DNA of 64,000 nucleotides from an uncultured delta proteobacterium (GTDB lineage Bacteria; Desulfobacterota; Desulfobacteria; Desulfobacterales; SG8-13): NCBI GenBank assembly GCA_963848135.1, contig CAWKCK010000002.1, positions 310,001 to 374,000 of the forward strand, read 5' to 3'. Shown piece by piece: positions 60,969 to 64,000 of this stretch (position 1 is its first letter; each line of letters starts with the position of its first letter). The notes under the pieces were generated by a model. It saw only the letters and a program-made list of their open reading frames with translations, ran no database searches and was not told where the DNA came from. The position numbers and the translations under genes were made by a program.

Positions 60969-61970
60969 TAAGATATCACCCAGTACCCATTTCAGAAACT
61001 GGGTGTAGACCCGCCAGCTGTTATCGCCGTAACCACCCGCCATTAAATAAGCCATGGGAATCTGGCGCGCTTTCAGAAATTCGTATACGAGACGATCTCG
61101 TGCGAAAAGTTGTTCCAGGCTTAACCTCAGGTCTGCGGTCGAAGGCAGTTCATCTTTTTCGTAAGGATCGGCGCCGAAAACGACCACTGCGATTTCCGGA
61201 TTTGGGTGATCACCCAATTTCCTGAGGCCGTCTTCGAGTTTTGAAATATAGAGCGCCTCTTCGCCGGCATAGACCGGGATATCGATGTCGCTGGGGATAA
61301 AAGACGGGTTGAGCCTGCCGGCTGCGTCATGAGAAGAGCCATCGAGCGGCCACCCTCGCCCCATATGGATACTGAGGGTGACGATGGATGAATCGTTGGC
61401 GGTAAGGGCTGCCGTACCGTCACCCTTATGAGCATCGGTGTCAATGACCCAGGCGGTTTGAATGCGTTGCCCGGCCTGCAATTTTCGGACAGCAATAACG
61501 ATGTCGTTCAATAGGCAAAAACCATTGCCGATCGATTTCTGGGCATGATGCATGCCCCCGCCGAAATAAAAACAGAAGCCCCTCTCCAAAGCCACATTGC
61601 AGCACTGCCAGGTGCCGGAAACCCGATCCTGAATACGCTCGAACAACCGGGTTAGCGGTTGTGAAGCAGAGATCGGCTCATAACGATGATACCTTCCCCG
61701 CGAATCGACCAGTTCATAAGTCCTGATAATTTCAGCTTCAAGCGCGTCTGAAAACAACCTCTCGACGTAGGCGGGATCATGCACGCGTTCGAGGTCGGTC
61801 CGATCCAGCCGTTGCCGGTTTTTGGGTGTGTACCACTCCGCCAATCGGGGCCCGAATACAGGATGCGCCTTCAGGCTCTCGAACGTTCGTCGCGCCCGGC
61901 TGTCCATGATGGGAATCTGGATGCCGAACTCAAAAAAACTTACCTTCTGATCAGGATCGTAGATAATCAT
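60963..61970 (-). CDS. Histone deacetylase family protein
   Basis: [26 protein letters not shown] and GGY. Confidence 0.9.
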
Positions 61971-62053
61971 CGATTCATCAGACCCCGCTTGATCCTATCA
62001 ATTCTGCTGCTGGCTTTCAGCATGTACCGTCGGCAGGGTAACTCTTGCCATGT

Positions 62054-63169
62054 TTATATGACAACCTGCCCGGATTGTTCATGGGCGTTTCTTTCCTCGT
62101 CCATCCGCCGTAAACCTTCCAGCAGCATCTCCATGAAATTGCCGAGTACAGGTGCCGCCTTTTCCTTTTCCGACAAAGACCGGTGAAATTTAAATTGGCC
62201 GTCATTCTTTTTGAGGACATCGAAAAAGGCCTCCTTACCGCGAACCTCGTTGTATGTCGCGGCAACCAATTCGCCCTTGCGGAAAGACAACTTTGCCGTG
62301 CCATCAGGCAATTTCAGAGAAAGCCGGCCGGTCTTCTGGTTCAGATTCAAGGTCTGAGAAATCTCCGCCGGGGGCATCTCCGAAAGTCGTCCCATCATAC
62401 CGGAAGTGATTTCTTCGGCAACAGCAAGGTTCGATTTTGCCAGACGCTGGGCGAGCAATCTGGCCAGATACAATTGAATCGAGGGAAATTTATTCAGTAT
62501 CTGCTTAAAGTCCTGCCCTTTGATGAAAATGATCGTGGCCGGTTCCACGACCTTGATTGTGGCCCCAACCGGCTCGCCGCTGATCAGGCTCATCTCGCCA
62601 AAAATATCGCCTTTCTGTAGAAACGAAAGCCGGACACCTTTATCGTCGAGAACGTCCACCGTACCGGCAAGAATAATGTACAGGTGCTGAGCCGGAGCCC
62701 CTTTCTTCAAAACAATCTCATCGCGCACATATTTCTTCAACTTCAACAACGCGACGATATCCCTCAAATTCTGGCGGTCGAGCGCTTGAAATATCGAGAA
62801 ATTACTGAGCAAACCGGCCACAGCATCGATTTTGTGACTGCGGTCTATTCCGTTGGCCGTTTCGCGTGTGCGTTGCCGGGGTAAGGGTTCGATTTCGATG
62901 ACACCCTTACACCCGCTACATTTAAGCGTCTGGCCTGGAATCCGATCAACACTCTCATGATTCACAAGAACACGGGTGAGATCGGCGACAAGAACCCGAC
63001 AGGTCTTTTTCTCGTAAGGTGGGGTGATGACCGCTGTGGAAATAAAGGATTTTTCGCGTACCAACGTCAGCAGCAGCGCATTGCCAGACAGTTTAAATTC
63101 ATCACCCTTGGCATAACAGGGGCACTCGCGGTTATCCACTATGCGGAAAACGATCTCAGAGTTGCTCAT
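62054..63169 (-). CDS. Cys-motif N-terminal domain plus cyclic nucleotide-binding domain plus DUF4388-like domain
   Basis: cNMP motif LYII..G.V...FGEMSL. C-terminal G.LSEM...Q.L....KTG.L.....GQFKF...LLEGLRRMDE. Confidence 0.82.
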   Translation of the reverse strand: MSNSEIVFRIVDNRECPCYAKGDEFKLSGNALLLTLVREKSFISTAVITPPYEKKTCRVLVADLTRVLVNHESVDRIPGQTLKCSGCKGVIEIEPLPRQRTRETANGIDRSHKIDAVAGLLSNFSIFQALDRQNLRDIVALLKLKKYVRDEIVLKKGAPAQHLYIILAGTVDVLDDKGVRLSFLQKGDIFGEMSLISGEPVGATIKVVEPATIIFIKGQDFKQILNKFPSIQLYLARLLAQRLAKSNLAVAEEITSGMMGRLSEMPPAEISQTLNLNQKTGRLSLKLPDGTAKLSFRKGELVAATYNEVRGKEAFFDVLKKNDGQFKFHRSLSEKEKAAPVLGNFMEMLLEGLRRMDEERNAHEQSGQVVI

Positions 63170-63345
63170 ACCCTTTTTTCTGCGGTCCGGCCAGTAGGAG
63201 ATATGGATAGTTCCGATAGACGTCCGGCAACCATTCGATCCAACCCTTCCGCAAGCCGGCGTCACTTTTACCTTATTAAAGTCCCGTTATTATAACATCC
63301 TTTGGGCTTGATCGGCAATCTCAATCGGGGAGTACAAGGACCGGA

Positions 63346-64000
63346 TTACTGTTTTTTTATCACAGTTCCGAGTTGATCCACCAGGTTTGTAAAATGCTGG
63401 CAGGCCAATCGCACAGACACCGGCGACCGCATGTCCACACCCGCAATTTCCAGGGCTTCCAGAGGATATTTGCTACCGCCAAGTTTCAGAAAGTTCAAAT
63501 AGGCTTGCCGGGCAGGCTCCCCTTCCCCGATGACTTTTTCGGCCAGTGCGATAGCCGCGGAAATACCAGTGGCGTATTTGTAAACGTAAAACGCAGAGTA
63601 AAAATGAGGAATCCGCAAGCACTCCAGAGGCAACTGCGGATCGATAACCAAGGCATCTCCGAAGTAGACCGTGAGCAGGTCACTATATACGCGCAAAATT
63701 TCTGCCAAAGTCAATGGCTGGTTGTTCTCAATTATATGGTGAACGGTTATTTCAAATTCTGCGAACATGGTTTGACGAAAGAGGGTCGCTCGAATATTGT
63801 CAATCTCACGATTGAGGATATAGGCTTGCATTCGGGGGTTTCCATCGTAGTGCTTCAATAGATGACGGCTCAGCAGAATTTCGTTTAACGTCGAGGCGAC
63901 CTCTGCGACAAAGATTGTGTATTCGTGGTCGACATACGGTTGATGCTTTCTGGCATACAGCGAGTGCATGGAATGGCCAGCCTCGTGAAGAAGAGTATAC
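63346..64000 (-). CDS. pepF: Oligoendopeptidase F (5' part outside window)
   Basis: TLLHEAGHSMHS at the window edge, FVAEVAST.NE, RQTMFAEFE and IPHFY..FYVYKYATG. Confidence 0.93.
   Translation of the reverse strand, partial: YTLLHEAGHSMHSLYARKHQPYVDHEYTIFVAEVASTLNEILLSRHLLKHYDGNPRMQAYILNREIDNIRATLFRQTMFAEFEITVHHIIENNQPLTLAEILRVYSDLLTVYFGDALVIDPQLPLECLRIPHFYSAFYVYKYATGISAAIALAEKVIGEGEPARQAYLNFLKLGGSKYPLEALEIAGVDMRSPVSVRLACQHFTNLVDQLGTVIKKQ

Overview
Mostly housekeeping chromosome from a bacterium that looks like a Desulfobacterales-type deltaproteobacterium (inferred from gene content and order, not from a database search). Minus-strand core genes include mutS (runs off the left edge), a DnaJ/Mut7-C/RimK/dGTPase/UPF0280 operon, a four-gene TRAP-TPAT transporter, two bactofilins and glnK-amtB with a complete sigma54 promoter architecture. 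They also include hisB/hisA, dnaG-rpoD-tRNA-Ile2-Nif3-zinc ribbon-rnpB-long HPr-ispD, a dynamin-like GTPase, a GAF adenylate cyclase and pepF (runs off the right edge). Plus-strand genes include pcm, a YbdL/YafV-like pair, YcaO-TPR, glycerate kinase, tex and dtd. Five things are not visible in the ORF track. (1) A DUF3179 gene is split by an in-frame TGA followed by a SECIS-like hairpin (probable selenoprotein). (2) A ~100-bp TATA-bounded double-hairpin repeat occurs in six intergenic copies. (3) A second ~210-220-bp element with terminal inverted repeats occurs in two copies. (4) An AT-rich integrase-less islet downstream of tRNA-Ala carries an HTH gene and a putative R-S-E ADP-ribosyltransferase. 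(5) Two tandem sRNA candidates share a TGTAAC promoter-like motif, anti-SD tracts and terminators. No CRISPR array, rRNA, transposase or integrase was seen.
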